A DNA stretch of 43,232 nt, from positions 1 through 43,232 of the forward strand of contig JASLZZ010000134.1 of the NCBI GenBank assembly GCA_030754595.1, written 5' to 3'. Each line of letters begins with the position of its first letter. The first letter of the stretch is position 1. Positions 9,131 through 21,907 of this stretch are shown piece after piece. Source of the DNA: Nitrospinota bacterium. GTDB lineage: Bacteria > UBA8248. The notes under the pieces were generated by a model, which saw only the letters and a program-made list of their open reading frames with translations, had not been told where the DNA came from and did not search any database. The translations under genes were made by a program, and so were the position numbers.

Positions 9131-9556
9131 TTATCGTCGGTCAGATGCCCCCCCCATTTCCGCCGGGAGATCGGCGAAAGTCGCTTCCGTGAAAAAATCG
9201 GTTAACCGTTTTTGGGCGAGAGCGAAAACCTCGTTCATCGAACAGAATTCCTCGATTTCGCAACACGACTCCCCATTTTGGCACGTGACCAGGGAAATTG
9301 GTCCGTCGATGGCCTGGATGACCTCTAAGAAATCGATCTCCGAGGAGGCGCGGGCAAGCCGGTAGCCGCCCTTGGGTCCCTGGACCGATTTAACAACTTC
9401 TGCCTTGATGAGCATCGGCATCAGCTTGGCGAGAAACGCCTGGGGAATCTGTTGGGCGCGAGCGATCTCTCCGATGGTGCAGAGCCGATCCGAGTTCTGG
9501 CGGGAGAGATAAACCACCGCCCGCAAAGCGTAGTCTCCGGCCCGGCTGATCTGCAT
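9131..9556 (-). CDS. Rrf2-family transcriptional regulator, IscR-like with Cys cluster
   Basis: MQISRAGDYALRA, SVQGPKGGYRL wing and CQNGESCCEIEEFC; ATG at 9556. Confidence 0.92.
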   Translation of the reverse strand: MQISRAGDYALRAVVYLSRQNSDRLCTIGEIARAQQIPQAFLAKLMPMLIKAEVVKSVQGPKGGYRLARASSEIDFLEVIQAIDGPISLVTCQNGESCCEIEEFCSMNEVFALAQKRLTDFFTEATFADLPAEMGGASDRR

Positions 9557-9617
9557 TCGGCATGTCTCCCTTTTGAGTGCTGCTTGAAAATGGTCCCCGG
9601 GTGTGGTGGCGGCCAGC

Positions 9618-9666
9618 AAACCTGACTCATCCAGTCTGATATAAATGGATCGGACCCAAATGTCAA
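9618..9666 (-). promoter_or_regulatory. Sigma70 promoter overlapped by an IscR type-1-like operator
   Basis: Minus strand TTGACA(9666-9661)-N17-TATATC(9643-9638). The 25-mer ATATCAGACTGGATGAGTCAGGTTT (9642-9618) has the GACT-N5-AGTC core. Confidence 0.75.
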
Positions 9667-9863
9667 AGGCCTTGGGGCGGCCTTCCTCAAAACCACTTTT
9701 ACCCTCCAGTTTGCAATTGGGGGGAATTGTGCGAATGCCGCCACGAAAACATACATATTTGGCGAAACTAAAACGAAATCGTTATAGGCACAGTCGCTAT
9801 ACTTGGTTTAACGGTTTGATAGTTAATCGGTTGCAACTATATGCAAGGTTAGGATAAAATAAT

Positions 9864-9892
9864 TTGACAGAGATACACTCATATATTATATT
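9864..9892 (+). promoter_or_regulatory. Sigma70 promoter of the clpB-dnaK cluster with a degenerate HAIR-like site
   Basis: TTGACA-N17-TATATT. TTGACA-GAGATAC-ACTCAT (9864-9882) resembles the HspR operator TTGAGT-N7-ACTCAA. Confidence 0.7.
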
Positions 9893-9925
9893 TCTCCTCA
9901 GTTTGGATGTGGCCTACAGCTATGA

Positions 9926-9982
9926 GCCATCAATTGGGTGCGCCGCCATCAATTGGGTGCGCCGCCATCAATCGGGTGGGCC
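9926..9982 (+). repeat. Tandem repeat, 3 x 19 bp
   Basis: GCCATCAATTGGGTGCGCC twice exactly, then GCCATCAATCGGGTGGGCC. Confidence 0.95.
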
Positions 9983-10023
9983 GGGGAGCCGGTCCGCTCC
10001 TCTGATAAAATGGATTTCATTCG

Positions 10024-12648
<2,625 letters not shown>

Positions 12649-12770
12649 TCAGGGAGCATTGTTGGCTGAAACAATCCAACCGGCGGTTTTGGCGAGTTTT
12701 TCAGGCGCCGGCCGGAGGGCGGAGATTAATCCAAAATTCAAACGAAATTCCATAAAGGAGCGAGACGGAA

Positions 12771-14702
12771 ATGGCCGGAAAGGTAATCGGAATCGATTTG
12801 GGAACGACAAACTCGGTCGTGGCGATCATGGAGGGCGGCCAGCCCACCGTGATTCCCAACCAGGAGGGAAACAGGACGACCCCGAGCGTCGTCGCCTACA
12901 CAAAGGACAAGGAGCGCCTGGTGGGCCTGGTGGCCAAGCGCCAGGCGGTGACGAACCCCACGAACACGATTTACTCGAACAAGCGGTTCATGGGGCGGCG
13001 CCACTCCGAGGTGCCCGAAGAGGTCAAGATGGTGCCCTACGAGGTGGTCGATGCCGACGGCGGCGTGCGCATAAAAATAGAGGGAGAGCTTCACGCCCCG
13101 CCCGAGATTGCGGGAATGGTCCTTCAGAAGCTCAAGCAGGCGGCCGAGGACTATCTGGGCGAGAAAGTCGAGGACGCGGTCGTGACCGTGCCCGCCTACT
13201 TCAACGACAGCCAGCGCCAGGCGACCAAGGACGCAGGCCAGATCGCGGGCCTCAACGTCTTGCGGATCATCAACGAGCCGACGGCCGCCGCGCTGGCCTA
13301 CGGGCTCGACAAGAAAAAGGACCAGCTGATCGCCGTCTACGACTTCGGCGGCGGGACGTTCGACGTGTCTATCCTCGAGGTCGGCGACAACGTGGTCGAG
13401 GTGAAGGCGACCAACGGCGACACCCACCTTGGCGGCGACAACATCGATCAACTCGTCATGGAGTGGATGCTCGAGGAGTTCAAGAAAGACCAGGGGCTCG
13501 ATCTCTCCCAGGACCCGATGGCCCTGCAGCGGCTTCGTGAGGAGGCCGAGAAGGCCAAGATCGAGCTTTCGAGTTCGATGGAAACCGATATCAACCTGCC
13601 CTTCATCACGGCGGACGCATCGGGGCCCAAGCACCTGAACATCAAGCTCTCCCGCTCGCTGCTTGAGCAGTTGGCGGGCGACCTGGTGGAGCGGACCCTG
13701 GGGCCCTGCCGGAGAGCCATCGACGACGCGGGCGTCGAGCCGAGCCAGATTGACGAGGTGGTTCTCGTCGGCGGTTCGACCCGGATGCCCCTCGTTCAGG
13801 AAACGGTCAAGAAATTCTTCGGCAAGGACCCCCACAAGGGGGTGAACCCGGACGAGGTGGTCGCCGTCGGCGCTGCGGTTCAGGGAGGAATTCTGGCGGG
13901 CGACGTCAAGGACGTCCTCTTGCTGGACGTTACCCCGCTCTCGCTGGGCATCGAGACCCTCGGCGGCGTGGCGACGAGGCTCATCGAGCGCAATACGACA
14001 ATCCCGGTGAGAAAAAGCGAGACATTCTCCACGGCGGCCGACAACCAGCCCTCGGTGGAGGTTCACGTCCTCCAGGGCGAGCGCGAAATGGCCCGGGACA
14101 ACCGGACGCTGGGCAAGTTCCACCTTACCGAGATTCCGCCGGCCCAGCGCGGGGTTCCGCAAATCGAGGTCACCTTCGACATCGACGCTAACGGAATCGT
14201 CAGCGTTTCAGCGAAAGACCTGGGCACCGGCAAGGAGCAGGCGATCACCATCACCAGTTCGAGCGGTCTCGGGGAAGATGAAATCAAGAATATGGTGAAC
14301 GAGGCCGAAGTGCACGCCGAGGAGGACAAGAAAAACCGCGAGTTGGTCGAGACCCGAAACCAGGCCGACGGTCTGGCATACAGCACCGATAAAATGCTCA
14401 AGGAGAACGAGGATAAAGTTTCCGAGGACGATAAAAAGGCGATCGAGGAAGCCATCGCCGAGGTGAGGAAAGCCCTCGAAAATGCCGACGCCGGTCTCGA
14501 GGAGATCAACGAGGCCAAGGGCAAGCTCGAGACCGCCTCGCACAAGCTCGCCGAGGTGATGTATCAGCAGGCGAGTGAGGGAGCCGAAGCTCCCGGAGGG
14601 GACGCGCCGCCCGAGAACGGGAGCGGCGCCCCGGAGGGCGAGGCGGCCGAGGGCGAAGTAGTGGACGCCGAGTTCGAAGAAGTGGACAAGGACAAGGAAT
14701 AA
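12771..14702 (+). CDS. dnaK: Chaperone DnaK (Hsp70)
   Basis: [25 protein letters not shown] and C-terminal VVDAEFEEV. Confidence 0.99.
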   Translation: MAGKVIGIDLGTTNSVVAIMEGGQPTVIPNQEGNRTTPSVVAYTKDKERLVGLVAKRQAVTNPTNTIYSNKRFMGRRHSEVPEEVKMVPYEVVDADGGVRIKIEGELHAPPEIAGMVLQKLKQAAEDYLGEKVEDAVVTVPAYFNDSQRQATKDAGQIAGLNVLRIINEPTAAALAYGLDKKKDQLIAVYDFGGGTFDVSILEVGDNVVEVKATNGDTHLGGDNIDQLVMEWMLEEFKKDQGLDLSQDPMALQRLREEAEKAKIELSSSMETDINLPFITADASGPKHLNIKLSRSLLEQLAGDLVERTLGPCRRAIDDAGVEPSQIDEVVLVGGSTRMPLVQETVKKFFGKDPHKGVNPDEVVAVGAAVQGGILAGDVKDVLLLDVTPLSLGIETLGGVATRLIERNTTIPVRKSETFSTAADNQPSVEVHVLQGEREMARDNRTLGKFHLTEIPPAQRGVPQIEVTFDIDANGIVSVSAKDLGTGKEQAITITSSSGLGEDEIKNMVNEAEVHAEEDKKNRELVETRNQADGLAYSTDKMLKENEDKVSEDDKKAIEEAIAEVRKALENADAGLEEINEAKGKLETASHKLAEVMYQQASEGAEAPGGDAPPENGSGAPEGEAAEGEVVDAEFEEVDKDKE

Positions 14703-14733
14703 AACCCTAGCGCCCCTGGGAGAGTCAGGGCGA

Positions 14734-15708
14734 ATGGCCAAAAAAGACTACTATGAAGTTCTCGACGTCGGCCGTGGTGCGACCGAGGATGAAATCAAGC
14801 GGGTATTCAAGAAGCTCGCCCGAAAATTTCACCCGGACGTAAATCCGGGCGACAGGAGCGCCGAGGACCGTTTCAAGGAAATCAGCGAGGCTTACGCCGT
14901 CCTTTCGGACAAGGACAAGCGCCGCCAGTACGACGCGATGGGACACGCCGCCTTCGCGGGTGGAAGCCCGTGGGGAGATCGCGGCGCGCCGCAAAATGTC
15001 GAAGATATCCTCCGCGAATTCGGCATCGGGGACATCTTCGGTTCCATATTCGGTGGCGCGGGCGGCGCGGGCCGTGGCAGGCGGGGCGGCGGCGGATTCT
15101 GGGGGACACCCCGCCCACAGGGGCCGGTAAAGGGCAACGACGTCAACTACTCGATGGAAATTGGTTTTAACGACGCCATCAGGGGAATCAACTCGACCCT
15201 CACGGTTCCCAAGACCGAGAATCGAGGTGGCCAAACCCTCCGGACTACCGAGCGGATTCAGGTGAAGGTGCCTCCGGGCGTCTCGAACGGATCGAAGATA
15301 CGGCTGGCCGGAAAGGGCGAGCCATCGCCCAGCGGCGGGCCCAACGGCGATCTGTTCATCATCACCAAGGTGCGCCCGCATGAATTTTTCGAGAGAAAGG
15401 GCGATAACCTCCACCTCGATCTGCCGGTCTCCTTGCCGGAGGCTCTTTTGGGAGCGCGGGTGGAGATTCACACCTACGAGGGAACCACGAAGATGACGAT
15501 ACCGCCCTGCACCCAGGCCGGACAGACCTTTCGCCTCAACGGGAAGGGGGCGCCCCGCCTCAAGGGATCCGGCAAGGGCGATCTGTACGTGAGGGTTCAG
15601 GTGCAAATCCCCAAACACCTCGACGAGGGAAGCCAGGAGTTGATCCGGGAGTTTGATCGGAAAAACCCCGGGGACCCGCGCGCCGAGATGACGGGCGTGA
15701 GTATTTAG
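14734..15708 (+). CDS. Class II J-domain protein (CbpA/DnaJ2-like, no zinc finger)
   Basis: J domain with HPD, G/F-rich region and DnaJ C-terminal domain; no CxxCxGxG repeats. Confidence 0.93.
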   Translation: MAKKDYYEVLDVGRGATEDEIKRVFKKLARKFHPDVNPGDRSAEDRFKEISEAYAVLSDKDKRRQYDAMGHAAFAGGSPWGDRGAPQNVEDILREFGIGDIFGSIFGGAGGAGRGRRGGGGFWGTPRPQGPVKGNDVNYSMEIGFNDAIRGINSTLTVPKTENRGGQTLRTTERIQVKVPPGVSNGSKIRLAGKGEPSPSGGPNGDLFIITKVRPHEFFERKGDNLHLDLPVSLPEALLGARVEIHTYEGTTKMTIPPCTQAGQTFRLNGKGAPRLKGSGKGDLYVRVQVQIPKHLDEGSQELIREFDRKNPGDPRAEMTGVSI

Positions 15709-15744
15709 CGTGGGCATTTAGCGTAGGTAGTTAGGGAGACACCG

Positions 15745-16155
15745 ATGGCGCGCCGGGTTCAGAGAAAGGACGGCAAGTACACGATCAGCGTAGTGGCCGA
15801 GATGTTCGATGTTCACCCCCAGACGCTCAGGATGTACGAGCGGGAGGGGTTGCTCGAACCGGGACGGAGCGAAGGGAAAACGCGCCTCTACTCCGATGAG
15901 GACCTCGAGCGCGTGGAGATGATCCTCACCCTGACGCGGGAGATGGGCGTTAACCTCGCGGGCGTTGAGGTGATCATCGACCTCAGGGCCAAACTGGTTC
16001 TGGCGGTCGAGCGGCTGACCGAGTTCGAGGAGATTTTCAGGAGCGACGTCATGCAGGAGTTGCGCGATCAACTCAGGTACGTGAGTCCCGATAAGGGCGC
16101 TATGATCCCGCTACGATCGGCCAAACTGGTCCGGATGAAACGGAGAGCGAATTGA
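15745..16155 (+). CDS. hspR: MerR-family heat-shock repressor HspR
   Basis: [29 protein letters not shown] and GVNLAGV; located in the dnaK cluster after the class II J-protein. Confidence 0.9.
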   Translation: MARRVQRKDGKYTISVVAEMFDVHPQTLRMYEREGLLEPGRSEGKTRLYSDEDLERVEMILTLTREMGVNLAGVEVIIDLRAKLVLAVERLTEFEEIFRSDVMQELRDQLRYVSPDKGAMIPLRSAKLVRMKRRAN

Positions 16156-17003
16156 GCGCGAATTCGATCAAGACGTTCCTCTTGCTGGGGCTGTTGACCG
16201 CGTTGATTTTGTGGGTTGGAAATATCGTGGGCGGACGCGCCGGGGTTGTCATTGCGCTGATTTTGGCCGTTGCGATGAACGGCTACAGCTATTGGTACTC
16301 GGACAAGATGGTGCTCTACTCCACCGGGGCGCAGGAGGTTCTCCCCGAGCACGCGCCCGAGATTTACGGTTTGGTCGCCGGTCTCGCCCGGAGGGCGGGG
16401 CTTCCGGTGCCCAGGGTCTACATCGTGCCCGAGGGAGCGCCCAACGCGTTCGCCACCGGACGGGACCCCGAGCACGCCGCGGTCGCCTTCACCGAGGGAA
16501 TCCTGGAGACGCTGAACCGCGAGGAACTCGAGGGCGTCGCCGCTCACGAGCTGGCCCACATCGGGAACCGGGATATTCTCATCGGCACCGTCGCCGCCAC
16601 CCTCGCCGGCGCGATCATGTACATCGCCCAGATGGCCCAGTTCGCGGTTTTCTTCGGTGCCGGGCGAAGGGATGACGAGGAGGGCGGCGGCGGAATGTTG
16701 GGAATTTTGTTGGCGGCGATTGTCGCGCCGGTTGCCGCAATGCTGCTTCAGATGGCGGTGAGCCGCTCGCGCGAGTATCTGGCCGACGCCTCCGCGGCGC
16801 GGATTGCCGGCAGCCCGAACGGGCTGGCCAACGCGCTCGGGCGCCTGGAGGAGGCGGCGCATCGCCGGCCGCTGGAGTGCGCGAGCGAGGCCACTGCCCA
16901 CATGTACATCGTGAATCCCCTGTCGGGGGAAGGGCTCGCCGGGCTGTTCAGCACCCATCCGCCGATGGAGGAGCGGATTCGAAGATTACTGGATATGCGG
17001 TAG
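16152..17003 (+). CDS. htpX: Zinc metalloprotease HtpX (M48)
   Basis: [22 protein letters not shown] and FSTHPP; the TTG start overlaps the hspR stop. Confidence 0.95.
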   Translation: MSANSIKTFLLLGLLTALILWVGNIVGGRAGVVIALILAVAMNGYSYWYSDKMVLYSTGAQEVLPEHAPEIYGLVAGLARRAGLPVPRVYIVPEGAPNAFATGRDPEHAAVAFTEGILETLNREELEGVAAHELAHIGNRDILIGTVAATLAGAIMYIAQMAQFAVFFGAGRRDDEEGGGGMLGILLAAIVAPVAAMLLQMAVSRSREYLADASAARIAGSPNGLANALGRLEEAAHRRPLECASEATAHMYIVNPLSGEGLAGLFSTHPPMEERIRRLLDMR

Positions 17004-17028
17004 GGAAATCATCGGAGGAAAATGGTTC

Positions 17029-17709
17029 ATGGATCGAGTTGAGGTGAGTTCCACACCCGCGGACGAGGAAGAGGCCGGAGCAGGGGCCGGCGAGGGCGAG
17101 GCCAAAGAGCAGGGCCCCAAGGTCGTCGATCGGCGGCGCCTCCGTGCGGAGGACGACGATCAGGCGGCCGAAGGAGAGCCGGTGGCGGAGGAGGTTGTCC
17201 GCAAGCCCACCTTCGTCGAGGAGCTCGAGAAAAAAGTGGCTGTCGCCGAGGAGAAGCTTCGCGGACATATCGAGCGGATCGACAAGGAGTCGGCCGAGTT
17301 TCGCGCCCGCCAGGGACGGGAGTTGGAGCGGCGGACGCAGCAGGCCAGGAAGGATGCGGTCTCGGCGTTTCTCGGGATCGCCGACGATATGGGACGGGCG
17401 ACCGCCGCCGCTTCGGGTCCCTTCGAGGACCCGGCCAAGCGCCAGGAGGCCCTGGAATCCCTCGTCGAGGGGGTGCGGATGATCCAAGGCCGATTTTTCC
17501 AGGAGCTTGCTTCGTTCGGCGTGAAGCCCTTCTCCTCGAAGGGAGAAAAATTCGACCCCGAGCGACACGAAGCGGTTCGGACGATCGAGGTGAACGACCC
17601 CAAACTGGATGGATTGGTTGTTGAGGAGTTGGCGCAAGGCTATTTACTCGGAGACGAGGTACTCCGGCCGGGCACTGTCGCTGTCGGAAAGTTTTCCGCG
17701 CCTTCCTAG
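17029..17709 (+). CDS. grpE: Nucleotide exchange factor GrpE
   Basis: Coiled coil, GEKFDPERHEAV and GYLLGDEVLRPGTVAV. Confidence 0.93.
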   Translation: MDRVEVSSTPADEEEAGAGAGEGEAKEQGPKVVDRRRLRAEDDDQAAEGEPVAEEVVRKPTFVEELEKKVAVAEEKLRGHIERIDKESAEFRARQGRELERRTQQARKDAVSAFLGIADDMGRATAAASGPFEDPAKRQEALESLVEGVRMIQGRFFQELASFGVKPFSSKGEKFDPERHEAVRTIEVNDPKLDGLVVEELAQGYLLGDEVLRPGTVAVGKFSAPS

Positions 17710-17752
17710 CCGGAGGCGGTTGGACAGGCCATATGACATTTAGGGAATCTGA

Positions 17753-18955
17753 ATGAACGTAAACGGAAAGCGGGACTATTACGAAATTCTGGGCGTTGAC
17801 AACGGGGCGGGCGACGCCGATATCAAGAAAGCCTATCGCCACTTGGCGATGAAGTATCACCCTGATCGGAATTCGGGCGATCCCGAGGCCGAGGAAATGT
17901 TCAAGGAAGCATCCGAGGCTTATCAGGTCCTGAGCGACGCGGAGAAGCGAACGAGGTATGACCGTTTCGGCCATGAGGGCCTGAGCGGAATGGGCAGCCA
18001 GGGATTCTCGAATTTCGACGATATTTTCTCCTCGTTCGGCGATATTTTTACGGATTTCTTCGGCGGCGGAAGGAGCGGCGGCCGAAGCCGCCGGGGCGGC
18101 CTCCAGCGCGGGCGCGATATGGCCTACCAGATGGAAATGACACTGGAGGAAGCGGCTCTGGGCGTCGAGCGCGAACTCGAGTTCGAGCGCACATCGCAGT
18201 GCGCCTACTGCGGCGGGACGGGGGCGAAATCGGCGGACTCCATCCGCCAGTGCTCTGCGTGTAAGGGATCTGGACAAGTCGCATTTCGCCAGGGTTTCAT
18301 CACCTACAGCACCACTTGCTCAACCTGCGGCGGCGCGGGCTCCGAGATCGCCGAGCATTGCCTGGAGTGCCAGGGGGAGGGAAGGCGCACCGAGAATCGC
18401 AAGGTGAAGATCAAGATTCCTCCCGGCATCGACGAGGGCGGAAGGCTGCGGCTCCGGGAGGAGGGAGAGGGCGGCCTCAAGGGCGGCCCGGCCGGTGACT
18501 TGTTCGTCATGGTGTCCCTTCTGCCGCACGATTATTTCCACCGCGATGGAAGCGACGTGCTCACCCAGCTCTCCGTCACCTTTCCCCAGGCGGCGCTTGG
18601 CGCCGTGTTTGAGGTGAGGACGCTCTATGGCTCGTCGAGGCTCAAGGTTCCCCGGGGGGTCCAGGGAGGTGACCTGCTTCGGCTGAGCGGGGAGGGTTTC
18701 CCGGTTCCGGGGCGAAGGGGAAAGGGAGATCATATGGTCCAGATCATTGTGGAGACGCCGAAGAAACTCTCCTCAAAGCAGGAAAAGCTCTTTCGGGAGC
18801 TGGACTCCCTTGAAGGAGGGGGGCCGAAGAAATCGGGTTGGGACGGAAAAGGTTATGCGGGGCTCTTCCGCCGCATCTGGCGAGGGTTCCGCCGGGTCTT
18901 GAGGCTTATGGGCGCAAAAATTCCGGCGGCCGGGCAGGCCGCCTCGAGGATTTGA
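17753..18955 (+). CDS. dnaJ: Class I chaperone DnaJ
   Basis: HPD J domain, G/F region and four CxxCxGxG repeats. Confidence 0.96.
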   Translation: MNVNGKRDYYEILGVDNGAGDADIKKAYRHLAMKYHPDRNSGDPEAEEMFKEASEAYQVLSDAEKRTRYDRFGHEGLSGMGSQGFSNFDDIFSSFGDIFTDFFGGGRSGGRSRRGGLQRGRDMAYQMEMTLEEAALGVERELEFERTSQCAYCGGTGAKSADSIRQCSACKGSGQVAFRQGFITYSTTCSTCGGAGSEIAEHCLECQGEGRRTENRKVKIKIPPGIDEGGRLRLREEGEGGLKGGPAGDLFVMVSLLPHDYFHRDGSDVLTQLSVTFPQAALGAVFEVRTLYGSSRLKVPRGVQGGDLLRLSGEGFPVPGRRGKGDHMVQIIVETPKKLSSKQEKLFRELDSLEGGGPKKSGWDGKGYAGLFRRIWRGFRRVLRLMGAKIPAAGQAASRI

Positions 18956-19106
18956 TCGGCCGCGTGCGGATGGTGGGTTAAGGGAGTGGCACCCGGCGGC
19001 GCGTGGGTGACACCCGGCGGCAAGAGGGATTAGGATTGGCCCTCGTAGCGAATCACTGGCGGGAATCCGGCCTGAAATTTTCGGATTGGTTTATTGAGGG
19101 AAAGAC

Positions 19107-19658
19107 ATGGCAGACGAAATCGAATCGGAAGAACAAGAGCAGGAGCAGGGGTTTAAAGTCTCGGATCGCCGCTATTCCATCCGGGGTTATGAAGACGAGG
19201 ACGAAGGTTCCGGGGGAGAGGAGAGGGTGGAGACTCCTCCCCAGGCCTCCCCTGGGGTTTCCGATTCTTCACTGGTGCCCGAGGCGCCCGGGCCGGTTGT
19301 AAGCGAGCCTTCGATGGCGGCCGGAGCCGCCGGGGAAGCGCCTCCGCCTGAAGCGCCCACAGGAGAGGGCGGTCCCGCCGGGGAGGGCGAGTCTCCCGAG
19401 GAGGGTGAGGTTTCCAGGGAGTTCGAGACGCTTCTCGCCATTCTTCAGACCAATGCCATCGCGGCCATGGGCATTAATCCCCAGACCGGTGAGCGGAGTG
19501 GCGGAGGAGACCCCAGAAGTGCCAAGATGTTCGTGGACATGATTTCCATGGTCAATGATAAAATGGCGGGGAACCTCTCGGAGGATGAGGAGCAAATCCT
19601 CTCGCAGGTTCTCTCCGAGATGCGGATGATGTATGTCCAGCATGTGGGAATCGGATAA
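19107..19658 (+). CDS. DUF1844-like protein with acidic disordered N-terminus
   Basis: GFKVSDRR near the N-terminus; C-terminal AKMFVDMI...KMAGNLSEDEEQIL...MRMMYV resembles DUF1844. Confidence 0.75.
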   Translation: MADEIESEEQEQEQGFKVSDRRYSIRGYEDEDEGSGGEERVETPPQASPGVSDSSLVPEAPGPVVSEPSMAAGAAGEAPPPEAPTGEGGPAGEGESPEEGEVSREFETLLAILQTNAIAAMGINPQTGERSGGGDPRSAKMFVDMISMVNDKMAGNLSEDEEQILSQVLSEMRMMYVQHVGIG

Positions 19659-19801
19659 TAAAATAATTCTCTCCCGCGGTTGATAACCGGGGAGATTTCG
19701 TCCATAACCCGTTCCTGGTTTTGGAGGGAATAGGGCCGGGCCGCGCTTCCTCTTGGCGCCTGTGTGCCGCCCTTTTCCGGATGGAATTTCGTGGAGGAAA
19801 T

Positions 19802-20077
19802 ATGGCCTCAACAATGTCCTACGATCAAAGTTTCGAAGCGGCTCTCAATAAGGTTGAGAACCGGTTTCTTTTATCCGTTGTGCTCGCCAGGCGGGTGACT
19901 CAGCTCCGAAAAGGGGCGGAGCCGCTGGTGGACTCTCACGGGCTGGCCACTCACGAGGAAATCGTTTACCACGAAATTATCGAGGATAAGCTCGAGTGGC
20001 GTGAGGCCAATTCCCAGGCGGAATCCGACGAGATGGAGCCGGAGTTCGGCGGCAGCGATTTCGATGAGGGTGAGTAG
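19802..20077 (+). CDS. rpoZ: RNA polymerase omega subunit
   Basis: KVENRFLLSVVLARRVTQLRKGAEPLV...EI; ATG at 19802 behind GGAGG. Confidence 0.88.
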   Translation: MASTMSYDQSFEAALNKVENRFLLSVVLARRVTQLRKGAEPLVDSHGLATHEEIVYHEIIEDKLEWREANSQAESDEMEPEFGGSDFDEGE

Positions 20078-20101
20078 GCGAAGCTAGCGAATTTGGCCGC
20101 G

Positions 20102-20147
20102 ATTCTCCCTTCCCTCGGCGGGCGCCGGGAGAAGGGAGAATTTTTTT
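20102..20147 (+). terminator. Intrinsic terminator between convergent rpoZ and aminotransferase
   Basis: ATTCTCCCTT...AAGGGAGAAT stem followed by a T-run. Confidence 0.75.
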
Positions 20148-20151
20148 GCGC

Positions 20152-21300
20152 CTATCTGGATGCCAGATAGCAGCCTACGCGATCGAGGGCCAATTCAATA
20201 TTTTCAACCGAGTTGCAGTAGGCGAAACGCAGGTAGCCTTCTCCGCCGGGGCCGAAATCAGCGCCCGGCGCTACGGCCACCCCGGTCGCCTCGAGTATTT
20301 CCCGGGCCAGTTTCAGCGAGTTTTCGCCGAAGGGGTGCGCGTCGGCGAAAGCGTAGAAGGCGCCATCGGGTTCGCGGTGGACGGGAAGCCCGATTTTTTT
20401 CAGTCCCCGAATCATGGTTTTTCTCCGTTCGGCATAAATCCTTCGCATCTCCTCCGCCGCGGGAACACCTTCCCGGAGGGCCGCCACGCCCGCCCACTGG
20501 ACGAAGGGATTGGGTGAGACGAAGTAGTTTTGCTGCAAAATCTCAAACGGCCGGACATAGCGCTCGGGCACAATCAGGTAGCCGAGCCGCCAGCCAGTCA
20601 TGGCGAAATACTTTGAAAAACCATTGATAACAAAGGCCTCATCGGAATACTCAAGGGCCGATCTGTCCCGCTCACCGTAGTTCAGGCCGTGGTAAATCTC
20701 ATCCGAGACCAGGGGAGGGCCCAGGGCGGCCAGCGCCTCGATCTCCTCGCCATCGAGACGGGTGCCCATCGGGTTCGAGGGAGAGTTGATGAGAATGCAC
20801 TTTGTCTGGGGGGTGATTCGCTCCCGAACAGCGTCGGGCTGGAGAACGAAGTCCTCCTCGGCCCCGGCGGGAACGAGAACGGGGGCGCCCATCGCCGAGA
20901 GGATGAAACTCGGGTGGCACGCGTAATGTGGATTCGAGAGAATCACCTCGTCGCCCTCCTCGATGAGAATCGAGAAAAGCATGAGCATGGCCGGGCTGGT
21001 GCCACTGGTCACAACGACGCGCGAGGAACTGATCGAAAGTCCGTAAAGATGGTTGTAGCGCTCGGCAATGGCCTCGCGAAGCTCTGGAATTCCCAGGGCG
21101 GTTGTGTAGTGAGTGTGTCCGTCGGCGAGCGCTTTTTGGCCGGCCCGGACGATGACCTCGGGGGTTTCGAAGTCGGGTTCCCCCACCTCGAGGTGGATGA
21201 CCTCCCGGCCCACAACCTCTAATTGGCGGGCTCTTTCGAGGATATCCATCACCAGGAAGGGCTTGATCCCCTGCATTCGCCGGGGGAGGGAATTTTCCAT
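20152..21300 (-). CDS. PLP-dependent aminotransferase class I/II (AspAT-like)
   Basis: LEVGEPDF, NSPSNPMG, SDEIYH and GFSKYFAMTGWRLG (PLP lysine). Confidence 0.95.
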   Translation of the reverse strand: MENSLPRRMQGIKPFLVMDILERARQLEVVGREVIHLEVGEPDFETPEVIVRAGQKALADGHTHYTTALGIPELREAIAERYNHLYGLSISSSRVVVTSGTSPAMLMLFSILIEEGDEVILSNPHYACHPSFILSAMGAPVLVPAGAEEDFVLQPDAVRERITPQTKCILINSPSNPMGTRLDGEEIEALAALGPPLVSDEIYHGLNYGERDRSALEYSDEAFVINGFSKYFAMTGWRLGYLIVPERYVRPFEILQQNYFVSPNPFVQWAGVAALREGVPAAEEMRRIYAERRKTMIRGLKKIGLPVHREPDGAFYAFADAHPFGENSLKLAREILEATGVAVAPGADFGPGGEGYLRFAYCNSVENIELALDRVGCYLASR

Positions 21301-21496
21301 TTGCCGGTTTATTACCTCCGAGTGAGTAGAAGTCGTATGGAAATCATGGATTTACAGGGTTGCTCTTCCTTCCGCTCAATGCTAAAGTTTGTTTGCTCAA
21401 AAGGTTAGGTCCTTTATCCATTCGTCGCTTCTGAAGCGAAGTCCGTAAGTTATCGTAATCGGGCGCGCAAACGATTTTGGAATGAGGGTTGGAGCA

Positions 21497-21790
21497 TTGA
21501 CCAAGATCGATATTATTAATCTCGTCGCCGAAGATACCGGTCTTAGTAAAGTGAAAGCCGAGGAGGCCGTCGAGGCCATCATCGCCACCATCAAGGAAAC
21601 TCTCCAAGTAGGCGAGCCTGTGATTCTCAGGAGGTTCGGCTCATTCCAGGTGCGCTCAAAAAAAGCCCGCATCGGACGGAATCCCAAAACGGGTGAGGAA
21701 GCCCCCATCAGCGCCCGAAAGGTGGTGCGCTTCAAGTCCGGCAAGCACTTCAAGGAAGCCATGAACGGGGCTCCGGTTCGCTTCTTCTAG
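21497..21790 (+). CDS. HU/IHF-family nucleoid DNA-binding protein
   Basis: FGSF, ARIGRNPKTGE and VVRFK; a TTG start at 21497 is likely. Confidence 0.95.
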   Translation: MTKIDIINLVAEDTGLSKVKAEEAVEAIIATIKETLQVGEPVILRRFGSFQVRSKKARIGRNPKTGEEAPISARKVVRFKSGKHFKEAMNGAPVRFF

Positions 21791-21907
21791 TCATTTAAAA
21801 TTCCGGCATGTCATCTTAATTTAATAAAAAACAACTACTTATATGGCCCTTTATGTTGTGCCGAAAGCGCCGCCACTCTTTCCCAGGCGCGGCAGCCGGC
21901 CCCTGTC

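Noticed and set aside
9670..10023. CIRCE element upstream of the chaperone cluster
   Set aside because: No TTAGCACTC-N9-GAGTGCTAA match, and no hrcA in the window.
15703..15725. Short duplication ATTTAGCGT at the class II dnaJ stop; a similar GTGTCCAAT duplication at 4056-4079
   Set aside because: Too short to assign a function; consistent with local slippage.
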